A DNA stretch of 64,000 nt. It comes from Kudoa neothunni. Lineage: Eukaryota; Animalia; Cnidaria. Under the pieces are notes generated by a model, which was given only the letters and a program-made list of their open reading frames with translations, searched no databases and was not told the DNA's origin. Numbering within the stretch: position 1 is the first letter of the stretch; the number at the start of each line of letters is the position of its first letter. The stretch is taken from assembly GCA_964304625.1 (NCBI GenBank), contig OZ199838.1, positions 6,180,144-6,244,143 of the forward strand, given 5' to 3'. A program made the translations under genes and the position numbers. Shown here piece by piece: positions 1 to 12,600 of this stretch.

Positions 1-531
1 TTTCCAGCCAACTTGGGGTAAATATCATTCCAGACTTTCTTGCTTAAATTTACTTTAAAAATTATTTGAATTTGATGTAAAAATTATGAAAAAATTTTAT
101 TGTAACAATTTTGAGAAAAATCGAAATTACTGCACCAAGTAATCCACTTCGGCTTATTTCGATGACAGTGTGTATTCCCGGTGAAAACCATGGTGGATAT
201 AACTCGCCTTTCCGCGGACATAATAGCCTTGTTTTTTTAATTAAACAAATTCCAGCTCAATAATATGTATGATTAATTTTTTTTATTTTGATTTTAACTA
301 AACATTAATATGATAATTCAGTTCTGATTATAAATATGCCTCAAATAATAGAAAGGGGCTTCCTCGAATAACATTTAGTACGCAAACAAGTTCCCGGAGA
401 TAAATTACAATGAGTGATCTTGATGAATTTTTTGATGATCTGTCTTCTAACAATCAATTGGATGATTGTTTGTTAGAACCATCGGACTATGTTAAATTAA
501 ATGCGGACATAGAAACACGTTCTACTAAACT

Positions 532-3392
532 CTGTTTTTTTAATCCATATAGGGACCTATTTAGATACCAAGTTAGATATTTTCCATTCTTTCCATGAGT
601 CGTATATCCCTCAGGTTGTTTGACCTATATTACGACATCAATAGGAGCGTTAAGATATGCGGTACTAAAATCAAGTTGATGAATAAACTTTTTCTCAATA
701 GCTGCCTCTTGGATGAGTAATCGAAGTGTTGTCGTTGATGTAGTTGGAGAATACGTTTCGTTATAGTCTATTCCTTGTATTTGGGAGTAGCCGCAAGCTA
801 CGTACCTCGCTTTATATTTTGGAGTACCATCGTCGTTCTTTTTAATGGTATACACCCACTTACCTTTAACTTCATTCTCCTCCTTTGGTACAGCAGTCAG
901 ATTAAACACGTTGTTAAGTTTCAAAGATTCAATTTCGGAATCCATTGCCGAAATCCAATTCTGTTTGTTAGGGGAGTTGATCTCTTCATTGTAGGACTGA
1001 GGAACATTGGTGTCTTCAACGGCACAGACAAAGTCGTTAAGATATTGCTGTCGTTTCTTTGTACGTTTTGACCTTCTGAGATTATTAGTTGAAATAATAT
1101 CACTGAACTCGTCTATCATCACGTCATTTGGTTCGTTTTCTCCAGGTTTCGGTGTATCTTCTTCGGAATTCATCAAATCAGGACAACTGTCACCGTCGTC
1201 ATCATTGTCAGTGAAGCACGTATAATTAGTAGCATAGTTTTCATACAATATATATTGTAGTGGATCCTTTTGTTTGGGGAATATGACATTCCTTGAAATT
1301 AACGTTCTACCATTGACATAAACAAGATAACCACCAGACTTTTCATCAATTCCCAGAAATTGTCCGAGCTCAGCTCTGGATTCAAGCTTTAACAAGTGTC
1401 CTTCTTTCCAAATGTAACAGTCCGAACCAAATTTCTCACATTTTACTATATTGGGTTTAAGTTTCGTGAAAAGTTCATATGGGGTTTTAGTTTTATCTTT
1501 CTTTGGTATTCGGTTTCTAATATAAGTGGCGTACTGTACTGCAGCTTCCCAATACTCCTTTATCACCACACTGTCTTGGAGCAAACATCGAGCTGTTTCT
1601 AACAATGTCCTCCAATTTCACTCCACTTTTCCGTTTTGGTGCGGGGAATATGGGCATGTAAATGATAGCTTTACTTTATTGGCAAAGCATATATCAGTGA
1701 ATTGTTTAGCTTTAAATTCTCCTCCATTATCGCAATGGAGTTCTATCAGTTTACCAAATGCAGACGTATTGGCCAGATATTGTAACAAGCCTTGATATGC
1801 CTCACCTTCGGATTTTAAGAAGTATGAGACCATGAAACTCGAATATTCGTCCATGAAATTCATAATGTACACGTTCCCTTTGTAACTTGGAGGGTTTATT
1901 GGACCACATAAATCAGTATATATCATACGTAGAGGTTCCTTTATATCACGTAAGTTGTTTTGGGATTTTACAGGCTTGTGAGTTGATTTCTGCTGATTGC
2001 AGGTTCTGCAACTTTTGGGCGTGACGTTTGATATTTGTATCCCTCCCACAGAACTAACCGTCCGTTGCAGATCTTTGAAATTTGTGTGGCCAAGTATGTC
2101 ATGCTACACATCAAGTGATTTTGCTTTATAAGCTTTATAAAAATTTGGCGATAAGTAATACAGACGGTCATTAAGGATAATTTCAAATTCCTCTACCATC
2201 ATTGGGTAACTAGTTTTCCGCCATTATTATCAAATTGGAAACGGGCACCATGCTTTGTTGCCGCATTAACAGATAGTATAATATTTTCAATTGATGGTGC
2301 GAGAAGAGCATTTTCTAATTTGATGTCGACCAAGTTGTGATCAGCATCTCTGATTGTTAGATGGGCGGTCCCTTTACCAATGACAAGATCGTTGAGTTTC
2401 TTTCCATCCGCCAATTCGATGTAGTGATCAGAAGGGTTGTATTTATTATCCATTTCTATGAATAGCTTCGGGTCATTTACAATGTGGCAAGTCGCACCAC
2501 AATCGACCAAGATATTGTTTGTTGATTGACTGAGATCTTGCCGGCACTTTTGGTGTGACAAGCTAAACACATATTCCTTTTTGTTTGGCGCACTGTGCGT
2601 ATTGTTTCGTTTGAAGCAGCATTTTGTAGAGTGGCCATTCTTTTCGCAGTTTTTACAGTAGAGACTTTGCTTAATTTTGCACACCGGTGATTTGTGGCCA
2701 TGTCTCCCGCAAGCGTGACACTTTGCATTCTTATTCTTAAATGTTGCAGTTGTATCGTATTGCTTTGGGATTAGTCTCTGCAGCTCCGTCATGGCATAAC
2801 TTTGTAGGTTCCGTTTGAATTCGTTTAGATTGGTGTTTAGGTTAGTTTGCGTGTAAACGACTACGAATGGAGTGAATTGGTGGGTAAGCCCATTTATTAT
2901 CATTGAAATTAACATTCCCTCTGTAATCGTCTCTCCAGCATTTCTTAGTGCGATGTAGGTTCGTTCGGCGCGTAATATATAGTCACTTATGTCTTCTGAG
3001 TCCTTTAGTTTCAGGGAACTCAGTTCATCATATAATGTAACAACTCTTGCCTTGTTGTTACTAGCATAATATGATCTTGAGATCATCAGCGCTCTCGTAC
3101 CGCTGCAGTTAGCTTCATTGGCTATTAGCTGAGCGGACTTATCGTCCAAGAATTGAATTATTTCAGAATAGGCCATTTCATCTTTAAGTTGAAGGCTCAC
3201 CCTATCTTTGTCTTCAGAAATACCCAGTGTAGTTCTTTTAAGGCCCCTTGTATGTAGGTAGGCCAAGAGACGAATTTCCCATAAATTATAATCGTCCACC
3301 AAGCCAGTAAAGTGGAGTTTGGAATTCTTATTGTCGTCTTTATTGCGTGATGTGGAGCAGGGCTCATAACCTGTTAAATTAAATGCGGCCAT
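532..3392 (-). pseudogene. Copia gag-pol, disrupted (ORFs 2199-3392, 1618-2049, 625-1605)
   Basis: Two CCHC knuckles (CHACGRHGHKSPVC, CKNCEKNGHSTKCC), protease ILVDCGATCH, integrase YTDLCGP / DNGGEF / PHQNGKVE, and RT start KWVY..K / YKARYVACGYSQ..GIDY.ETYSP / QLDF.TAYLN. Ends at the LYGLKQS-like motif. Confidence 0.93.
3355..3371 (-). promoter_or_regulatory. Primer-binding site GGTTATGAGCCC (copia-type, tRNA-iMet internal/half-molecule priming)
   Basis: Abuts the 5' LTR and matches the copia-type GGTTATGGGCCC PBS. Confidence 0.8.
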
Positions 3393-3551
3393 AGAAACAC
3401 GTTCTACTAAACTAAACTACCACGCGACTAAAATAATAATGTAAAGTTAATACATGTGGAAGCCGCGCTAGCGGGTGACATATTGGAGATTTCATTCTCC
3501 TAATATTATGCTCCGAAAGTGGAGCAGTAGCCGGTCTTAGATAATCCAACA
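3372..3551 (-). repeat. Copia 5' LTR (180 bp)
   Basis: TG...CA ends. Bases 3372-~3413 are near-identical to 490-531. Flanked by the TSD and the PBS. Confidence 0.9.
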
Positions 3552-5349
3552 GACTATTCTGACGAAATCTCAGAAAGTGAGTTTTCTTATAATACTACGA
3601 CAAACAAAAACGGAATGCTCTGGACAATAAAGAAACCTACTTCATCGAGGATACCCATGGAGAATATTATGAATTCCCATCCTGGCCCAACCGCATACGC
3701 TACATAACGGGTCACAAATATTTTGGATTTCTTTGTTATATTTTTCACAACCCAAATTTGCGAAGAGATAATAAAATTCATAGATATATTTGGGAAACCA
3801 GATTTCGTGATTCATGGAATGATCTAGATGGAATAGAATTTAAAGGATCCATGGGAACCCTAATATTAATGGCCGTTCATAAAGTTAGAGGGGAGCCACT
3901 GAATTAACTTTTCAGTTCAACTGAAGGGAAACCTATCTATCGGCAACTCTTCACTTATCACCGATTTCAGCAAATATTACGATGTCTTCATTTTGATGAC
4001 ATGGCCACTAGAGAACAACGGAGATAAAACGATAGATTTTGTCCGATTCGTAATGTATAGAACCTGTGGATACAAATATTGCCGACGTGTTTTGCACCTA
4101 ATGAAGATGCTACTGTTGATGAGCAGTTAGCATCTTTTAGAGGAAGGTGTCCATTTAGGCAATATATGCCATTGAAACCAGCCAAATACTGGTTGAAGTT
4201 TTTCCTTCTTGTCGATCCTTTGGATAATTACATCGTAAATATTTCTCCTTATTTTGGAAAAAACGGAGGTGAAACTGACCAAAGCAATAGTGTTGGAGAA
4301 AGTATTGTCTTGTCGTTGACAGCCCCGTTGTTTCATTCCGGAAGAGCGATTGTGGCGGACAACTTCTGTCCGTCCTTAAAGTTAGCGACCATGTTATTAG
4401 AGAGACAGTTGACGTATCTAGGGACCATTCGACAAAAAAAAAAGAATTACTACCATATGTTCTTCATTCCAAACACAGAGAGTAGTACAGCACCACCTTC
4501 GCATTTTTTCAAAAAAAATGTTAGCAATAAAAGGAAATGTGCGGTTCTTTTGTCGACAGGGACTATTAATACAAACATTTATAGTTAATGTGAAAATAAA
4601 AAGCCCCACAAAATATTGTGGTATAACAAAACAAAAAGTGGAGTGGACAACTGTTGACAGAATGTTGTCGTCTGTCTCTGTAAGACGATTTAACAGGAGA
4701 TAACCCATGGTTGTATTTTTCAGTGTGGCCGACTTTCATTAATAGATGCTTTTGCGCTATACAAAAACATATATAACGATAAAACGAAATTAAAACGCAC
4801 TTTTTTTGAAGGAAATGGCCGAGACCTTGTACCAACCGCTGATGAACAGAAACATGAAAATAAATAAAGTCACCAAAAGATCTTCTTCATCATCTATCCA
4901 AAATTCAAGTAACGTATCATCAAAAATAAAACATGGACGTTGCATGTTTTTCCCACGTCAAAATGACGAATAATCATCCAATAAATGTTCAAATTGTAGT
5001 AAACTCTACTGCAAACTTCATTCTTCGAATAAATGTACTGATTGTGCTTAAGTTAAATTTTCATATTTTTACGATTTTATCAAAGTTTATGTCGTTTTGT
5101 GGCTGTTCGATAGTATTGTTTTAGCTTAATTTCTTCCGGACTCGTACGATACGTAACCGTAACTGATCAAGTGTGATCACTTAATGAAGTAATTTCGGGT
5201 TTTCTCAAAGTTCTTAAGATAGAATTTTTTAATAATTTTCGAATCAAATCAAAATAATTTTTAAAGTAAATTTAGGCAAAAAATCTAGGGTGATATTTAC
5301 CCCAAGTTGCTTGGTGGGTCATGTTTTTTCGTGGCTTGGAGAGTTAAAG

Positions 5350-6050
5350 AAGTATTTCCCAACCTTTTTTCTATTAGTAATGACTTTCTTTCCTAAAAGA
5401 TTCCCCCCTTCGTTTTTCGAAAGTAATGATTTTTTAGTTTAAACTGTTTAGAATTTTGATATAAACCTCATATCACATTCAAATTTGAAAGTAATTAATA
5501 TATACTTTCTTTCTCTTTAATATAAGATTTATTCGATCATATATAACTTAATTTATTGATTAACCTCAAAAATTAACATCTTTTGTTCTTTATTCCATCA
5601 AAAATAACATTAAGTGAAACTCGCCCGTAATCTAGCCCGCATTAAGCAAAATTTTCATGTATAGGGGTCTTATAAACCCCAAAAAAGAAATAGTCTAGAT
5701 AGAAAATCAATAAACACTTTATTGGGTCAAGTCAAAAATATAGGAGATCACGATTATAAATGAGATAAGATCGGGGTTAAAACCATTCCGCTTCTATTCA
5801 TGTTAAGACCATTCAAATGTTATTTTTTATTTTTATATAATTAATAATTTCTTTTGGTATCGTTTTATGATTTTAATAATCTCTTAAAATTAAACGAGAT
5901 CGAGGATCATGGTATTGATTTCAATGTGCTCCACGCCACCCAATATCTCACCATTATCCATGTCATATATATGCTCAGGATTTTCCGCGCCTCATCAGAA
6001 GAGTTCATTAGACGTTCAAAAATTTCTATGCCCCACGCTGGGAAACACTG
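5350..6050 (-). mobile_element. Non-autonomous hAT element, family A copy 1 (~700 bp)
   Basis: Termini aagtatttccc / gggaaacactg. 8-bp TSD agttaaag (5342-5349) / ggttaaag (6051-6058). Aligns in reverse over its length to 27399-28084. Confidence 0.8.
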
Positions 6051-6058
6051 GGTTAAAG

Positions 6059-8183
6059 TAATGTATTAATTTGTAAATCGAATTATATTATTTGTTGGCA
6101 CCAAAATTTGTACAATTACAATATTTTTTTGTTAAATGTATTTGCCTGTTTAAATTTTAAGAAACTTGTTATTATCTGAACAACAGGAATTCGTGGACCT
6201 ATTTTTGGTCAATCGCAATGGATTACAACATTTGTAATGATGAGGATAAAATTTTAAAATGAACTTCGGAAATTATTGTGCTACCCGATGTCGATATATC
6301 CTAACCAAATACATATTCTGAAGACGATAAAACATTTACATCATCAATAATGAATGAATTTTTAGATGCTAAAAAATGTTCATCATTTGATGATTCTGAC
6401 ATTGAAATTGACACTAGCTTTCAGTTGAAGAAACAGATGTCAGTCAAAATTTGCCGGAGGAATTATGCAGTATCAACGATGAATTTGAAAAGTTAGATCA
6501 TTTAATTCACCTCATTGATTATTTCAATCAATTTGTTGATGATAATTTGATTGAATCAATTGTAACCGAATCAAATCGAAACGCCCCACAAAATAATTCG
6601 AATTTCAAGACAAACAGTTTAGAAATTAAACTTATTTAGGAATCATAATTTTAATGGAGATCGTACGGATGCCTTGTTATCGATATTATTGATCCAAACA
6701 TCTCAATTATTCACCTATTTTTGGTGTACTTTCTAGAGAGAGATTTGAGTAACTGCCACAATTTTAACATTTTGATAATATTGATAATGCAACCAACGAT
6801 CGGTCGTCCCAAACTTTTGACCGGTTTGTCAAAATTAGATCTTTCTTGGAGCATTTGAGGCAAGCATTCTTAAAAATCATTCCAGAGAGCATAAATCCAA
6901 TCGACGAACAAGTGCTTCTCTTAAATGGTAAGTGCAGGGCAAAACAGTGTATATCAAATATACTCACCAAATGGGGAATAGGTGGGATAGTACAGGATTT
7001 TCATCTGTATGGTGGAAAATAGCCCGTTGTACAGGAAAGCTGTGGTTTGGTTTCTGTGGAATTTGTAATAAAATTGTGTGAACAACTTCTAAAGAATGGC
7101 ATGTATCTGTTGTATTTTGACAACTGGTTCACATCATTCCAAATGCAATTTATATTAAAAAGGGAATATATTCCTCAGGGACTATTCGAAATAATAGAAT
7201 TAAAGGGTGTCCTTTATTCAGTAAAAAAGATCTAATGAAAAAAGGACGTGATTCATTAGATGTTGCTTTAAGCTCTAATAGCACACTAATATTATTTGAC
7301 CCGATGGTATGATAGCTCCGCCGTGACTTGATCATCCACTTATTCTGGCAATGAACATCTAATAACTGTGAATAGATATGATAGCCGGCAAAAAACGCGT
7401 TAAAGTCGAGTGTCCAGCTGTTGTATCGTATTATAACAAAAATATGGATGACGTTGATTTATCCGATATGTTGAGGTAATTATATAGGTTAAATCACAAA
7501 TGTAAACAACTTTACATGAGGATATTTTTAGGGGGTATCAACACCGCGATCACTAATTCGTGGCTATTGTATATTGTATCGGAGAAAAAATGTCATGAAT
7601 AATGTTAACAAGAGTAAAGTTCTCGATTTTCTTTCGTTTATATATTCAATATGTGAATCATTGTTGTATAGAAACCAAACGTTAATACAAACTCGAAAAC
7701 GCGGTCGCCCGGTTAACGATTCTAATTCGCAAAACATAATGGGATCTACTGTGTCAAAACGCAAAAGAAATACTCTTTTATCCCATCGTATTAGATATGA
7801 TAATGTAGTCCATTGTCCAGAAGTAGTATCTACGTCAAGTAGATGCAGAAGTTGTGGAAGTAACACTAAAATAATTTGCTTTAAATGTGGCGCTCGTTGC
7901 TGCCTTGTAAAAGATAGAAATTGTTGTTATGGGTATCATTATACTTAAAATTATTTTTTCATTGATTACCCTATCTGTTATTGTTATAATAAATTCGATT
8001 TCTCTTTTGCACATTTTCTTTACCATCAAGTCCCATTGTTCAGTCTATTGAACAAAACTATAACTTAAAAATATTAGCTCCAAAAAATTTTCGCTCAAAG
8101 GTTTTTATTTATTTAGAGTCAGAAACATACATAATATCAGCAAAAATTTTTTTTGGATAAATAGAAATTCAGACATGAAAGGG
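6059..8183 (+). mobile_element. piggyBac element 2 (PGBD3-like), decayed transposase; left end not seen in the window
   Basis: Fragments DRFVKIRSFL, PIDEQ and YFDNWFTS, and a C-terminal Cys-rich domain RCRSCGSNTKIICFKCGARCCLVKDRNCC. Right end catgaaaggg followed by TTAA (8184-8187). Confidence 0.85.
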
Positions 8184-9648
8184 TTAATGTTTAAAAGCAA
8201 TGTTTTTAATGCTCGTAAATTCTTATAATAAACTGATATAACTTTCGAAATTTATCCGAAAGGAGGACCCATATTGTAAAAGTTTAAGAATACCTATCTT
8301 CTACTTAATATTGCAATTTAAATTAATGAATATTTGACAGGATACGGTAAATATAAGGTATTAGACGGTATCGGTGGGTCAGAAACAACAAAAATGTTAA
8401 TGAAAATCACAATAAGCATAAAGTCCCCCTGATACAATATAACAGGATCAGTACAAGATCGGTAATTTTATTGAATAATTCTCCTAAATTAATAAGAATA
8501 AATAATCGATCGATTTCCACGTCATATTATTATACTCTCCTAATATTTCTGAGGAAAAATTAAGGTAAAATAAATTGTTTTGAATCCTGGCTTATATTCA
8601 GTATACTTTCACTAATCCTGTTTCGAATGTCAGATTATACATCAATTAAAATAATGATTAATACAAAAACAGAGATTTGATGATAAATTTCGTACCTAAT
8701 AATATGACCATTCTATTAATGACTGTAGTTGATTAGACATATTAATAGATGGTCAATATTTAGGATGTGATGTTAATCGTAGTAGGCTCTAATGACTAAT
8801 TTTTTTATAATAAGGATCGGGCAATTTCGACTGAAATTTATTTAATTTACATAGCAATAAAATTATCAATATAAAGTAAATCGAAAAGTCGTCATTATTT
8901 ATAAATTTACTGTATTTTTCAGTATTGAGGTAATCGCACTTGTTGAGCTTCCTCCCAAGATGTTAACATTATACAATATTTTTAATCTTACTTATTGCTA
9001 TATTAGATTGAGAATATCTTACAATCATGAACCAACAAGATTATTATCAATTTGAATGTTGTCTAAACCGAAATAATTCTGAATTAACATTCTTTCACTA
9101 AAATTGATTACATCCAAGTTTGGCCTAAAGAGATTTTGATTGGTAGTATTAATTAAAAGGATCTATTCAAATTTAATTCGATAATCTTTTATAAACTAAA
9201 GAATTATCAATAATGTTAATTATCGCGATGGTATAACAAGTTCGTTAAACCGATTTCAATCTATGATATCAACCACAAAGCCAATAAAAATGTGTTACGT
9301 CATACTTAAGAAATTACATGTCATACCTTACGAAATATACATTATTTTTATTGGATGAATGGATTATCGAATAACCTGTACTTTTATCAGGTTGAACAAA
9401 TCATCTACACAGATATAATCCTATGTTAATCTCCCGAAAACCTAAAACGCTTACACCTAACTTAATATATGTTACATTTCAGATATAGAATACAATATTT
9501 AGGTAGATAAAGCCAATTAACTTTTCTAATTTAAAATTACCGATTTAACATCTTTCAAACTGTCACTATAATAAGTTATCTGAATTTTATTTAATCGGAT
9601 AATCCATCTAATAAAGTACAGGTATAGGTTGAGAACAATAGTTCAGAT

Positions 9649-12600
9649 ATGGATTCTTCATTGTATTTGAACCCAGTTGAGCGTTCAAAAAGATATGTAA
9701 TTTTATGAAACCATTTGCATCGGTATTTCATCTCTCACTTGCACAATTGTAGATTTCATTGCTGGAAAAATGCTGTAATAACAAAGATCGACCACCAAAA
9801 CAAAAACGCATAAAAAGTCCTTTCATATGTTGGTTTTTCAATCGCCAACCATTTCACCTAGTGATTATAATGGCCACCTATCAAGATGAAAATTTGGATG
9901 GATTGATGATGGCCCTAAAAGAATTAACCCGCGGAACGATGAATAGTGTTAGTTGTTGGAAGTTGTATTTTACACTTCACAGTGTGATGAGAGAGGGTTC
10001 CTATAGTGTATGAGTTCATTAGTTTTATTTGCCGCGTTGTTGGGCTTACTACCATTTTTTATTATTACTTTAATTTGATTATACTCTTATTAGAGTAATA
10101 ACTTTAAAGTATTGTCGGCACATTTAGCCTCAAAAAATACAATGGTAATTTTCTATCCAGCTCTAATCTACTTTCACAATATTTTTAATATAGTACACTT
10201 CAGGAGATTTCTATGGAGTTTACTGCAGCTTCTACAAGGAATACCTTCAGAAAAAGACAATATTCCATGAAAAGTGTTCCAATTTAAAAGGAAACCTCGC
10301 CATTCGTAGTGGATACACCTGTTGTCCCTACAAAGTTGCGAGTGATAGGTATATTTGCCACTTATCTATATTAGTAATCCTATCAGTCCCTAATTGTATT
10401 AATTTAATTCAAAGGTCTGAACACTCGTTAAATAAACTTGTAATTTTTAAATTATCTACCCGCATCACAACTTATCACATATATCAAATATTTAAGAAAT
10501 TCTTTTTAAAATTGTTTCTTAAATCTTTTATGTTAAAAATATTATTAAGGGCCTGACCGAAAATCACATTTATGTGGTCAAATAGGCTTTTTGTAAACTT
10601 TTAATTTCCCCAAAAGCGTACATCAAAAGTTCATTTGCGTCATAATTCAAGATAATTGAATAATTTCTGTGTTTATAAATGATTTAATATTAGAGTTTAT
10701 TGTTACATAGACTCAATTAAATTCATTACTATTTGAATAATAGCATTAAAGTTTTTGAACTCTGATGGAAATTCATATTTCAATGCTCAATTACCTCCTA
10801 ATGATACACCTATCATTTATTTAATTCGAATTTTAAGGTAAAGTTTAATTTCTTTGAGTGTTTCTCTACCAAATATTTGTTAAGGGCAGAGGTTACTGGC
10901 ACGGTAAAATCTAATCCCAAATGTCAAGCGCGCAAGCGCGCTTGACATTTTAATCCTGCAAACTCTTACTTACAAACTGTTTACGGATTCAATTTTTTTG
11001 AACCCGCTATATTTAATTATTTCTGGTCCCCATATGCAAAGCGGTGGATCAGAAATGATCAAATATATGGCAGTTAACCGATTTTCCACATTTTTTGAAA
11101 TTTTACAATAAACGTGTTAGAAACGTTCTAATTTTCAAGGAATCATTATAACTCCCTTTTATTATAATATTAGTGAAATTTTAAATCGGTAAAACATTTC
11201 TATCCGTGTGATTTTGACGAAAAGAGAACTATCCGATTTTTCACACATATTTCCGCCTTTAACCCTCTAAGGATTTTGGGGTGAAATTCACCCCAAAAAG
11301 TTTTAATCCTACCGTATATTCTTTCGTTGTTTTTAATGCGTATGAAATTGTTGCTATACCTATAAATCCATTTTAAGTAAAATATGTGTTTGGTTTTTAA
11401 AAAAATATAGGAAGTTATTAAAAATTAAAAAACACCCTGCGAATATTTTGGGGTGAAATTCACGCCTACATAATTTTTACTCAATCATTCATCCAAAAAA
11501 TGTGTTTATTGTTCAAAATGAATTCAATCTTAGTTTATTATATTAAAAAAAATAAATTAAGTTAGAAATTAAAATAAAATGCATCGTAGTTACATATTTT
11601 CCTTTTGTACGTTACCGAAGAATTGGTGACTTATGCCATACACAGCGCTGCCAACCCAAATCGGACAACTCAGAATTTTTTGTAAAAACGAAACTAAAAC
11701 TTGACATCATTTGGTCGATGTTGAAAAATTTTCACATTAGAACAAGATTATCTAATGTAGAGCACAACATTCTGTTTCTTCTAATGTTTTGATAATTCCA
11801 GAAGAGAAAATGCTCTTTCCGCGAAGCATCAATCAGAGCTAGAGGAAGTAATGATGTGCTGTATTTTCCGATAAACGATGGTCAAAAAAGTGATTGTTAA
11901 TAATTTAATCAAACCAATTATACTTAGATGAGGCTTTATTTTTATGTGCGACCATTCATTAAAATTCAGGAAAATTAGTCAAGTAGATAATATTTAGTTA
12001 AATTTTAGTTAATTTAGGTAATACCTAAAATTAGAATTTTTTGAAAATTGATAACTTAACATTGGATATCACCAACATCCAAGTCTTTTTTTTAAATTCA
12101 AGCATTCAGAATTCAAACATAAAAATCTCTTCGTAATAATTCCAAAATGGTTCATGGTCATTAAAAAATTGTCTTGTCGCCATAGTGGTAAAAAACCCAA
12201 AATGTTGGTCTTAACAGGAGCATAACATTTAAAAATGTTTTCATTTTGATAAATCTTTGGCATGTTTTTTAAGCTTAATTTTTGTGTTATATGGGTATAC
12301 GAATTATTAAAATTTCTAATTGTATCTTGCGTTTGGTGAACTTCTATTGCAGACATTTTAATTTGAAATAAAGCATTGTTCCAAGTACGATTTATCTACT
12401 CGAGGATTTCTCGTAATGAAATCATCAACGATTAAATTCCATTTTTAGTGAATTTACAATAACTCCTTATCTTTGAAACATTGTTTTGCTATTATTCAGT
12501 CTTTCGACGAACAAGAGTAAAAACCGGACAAAATAGGACACGGTTAGCAACGCTGACCGTATAAGGTTTTATGAGGATTAGTAATGTGCGTAATGACATT

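Larger units (their letters stand above)
490..3551 (-). mobile_element. Ty1/copia LTR retrotransposon, internally deleted
   Basis: 5-bp TSD GACTA at 485-489 and 3552-3556. 5' LTR 3372-3551 (TGTT...AACA, 180 bp). 3' LTR remnant 490-~531. Domain order gag-PR-IN-RT. Confidence 0.95.
410..5051 (+). pseudogene. piggyBac (PGBD4-like) transposase pseudogene split by Copia
   Basis: The acidic N-terminus MSDLDEFF...EPSDY continues as SDEISESEF after the Copia TSD. Motifs TVDEQLASFRGRCPFRQYMPLKPAKY and ADNF..S are present, plus a C-terminal Cys-rich remnant near 4932-5051. Several stops and frameshifts. Confidence 0.88.
1..5343 (+). mobile_element. piggyBac element 1 (defective; left end at or just beyond the window start), interrupted by a Copia insertion
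   Basis: Bases 1-~150 are an imperfect inverted repeat of ~5170-5312 (ccaacttggggtaaatatca / tgatatttaccccaagttg). The right end ...gcttggagag is followed by TTAA (5344-5347), with a longer terminal spacer on the right, as is typical of piggyBac. Transposase fragments lie inside. Confidence 0.9.

Noticed and set aside
775-4835. Many 60-100 aa alternative-frame or antisense ORFs from the ORF track (also at 22178, 22703, 25014, 25760, 31598, 34636, 49696)
   Set aside because: They are shadows of real TE or host coding frames, with no independent motifs.
9345-9630. Inverted repeat upstream of HIP1 as a regulatory hairpin
   Set aside because: Short imperfect match (acctgtacttt / aaagtacaggt), more likely an eroded MITE; boundaries unclear.
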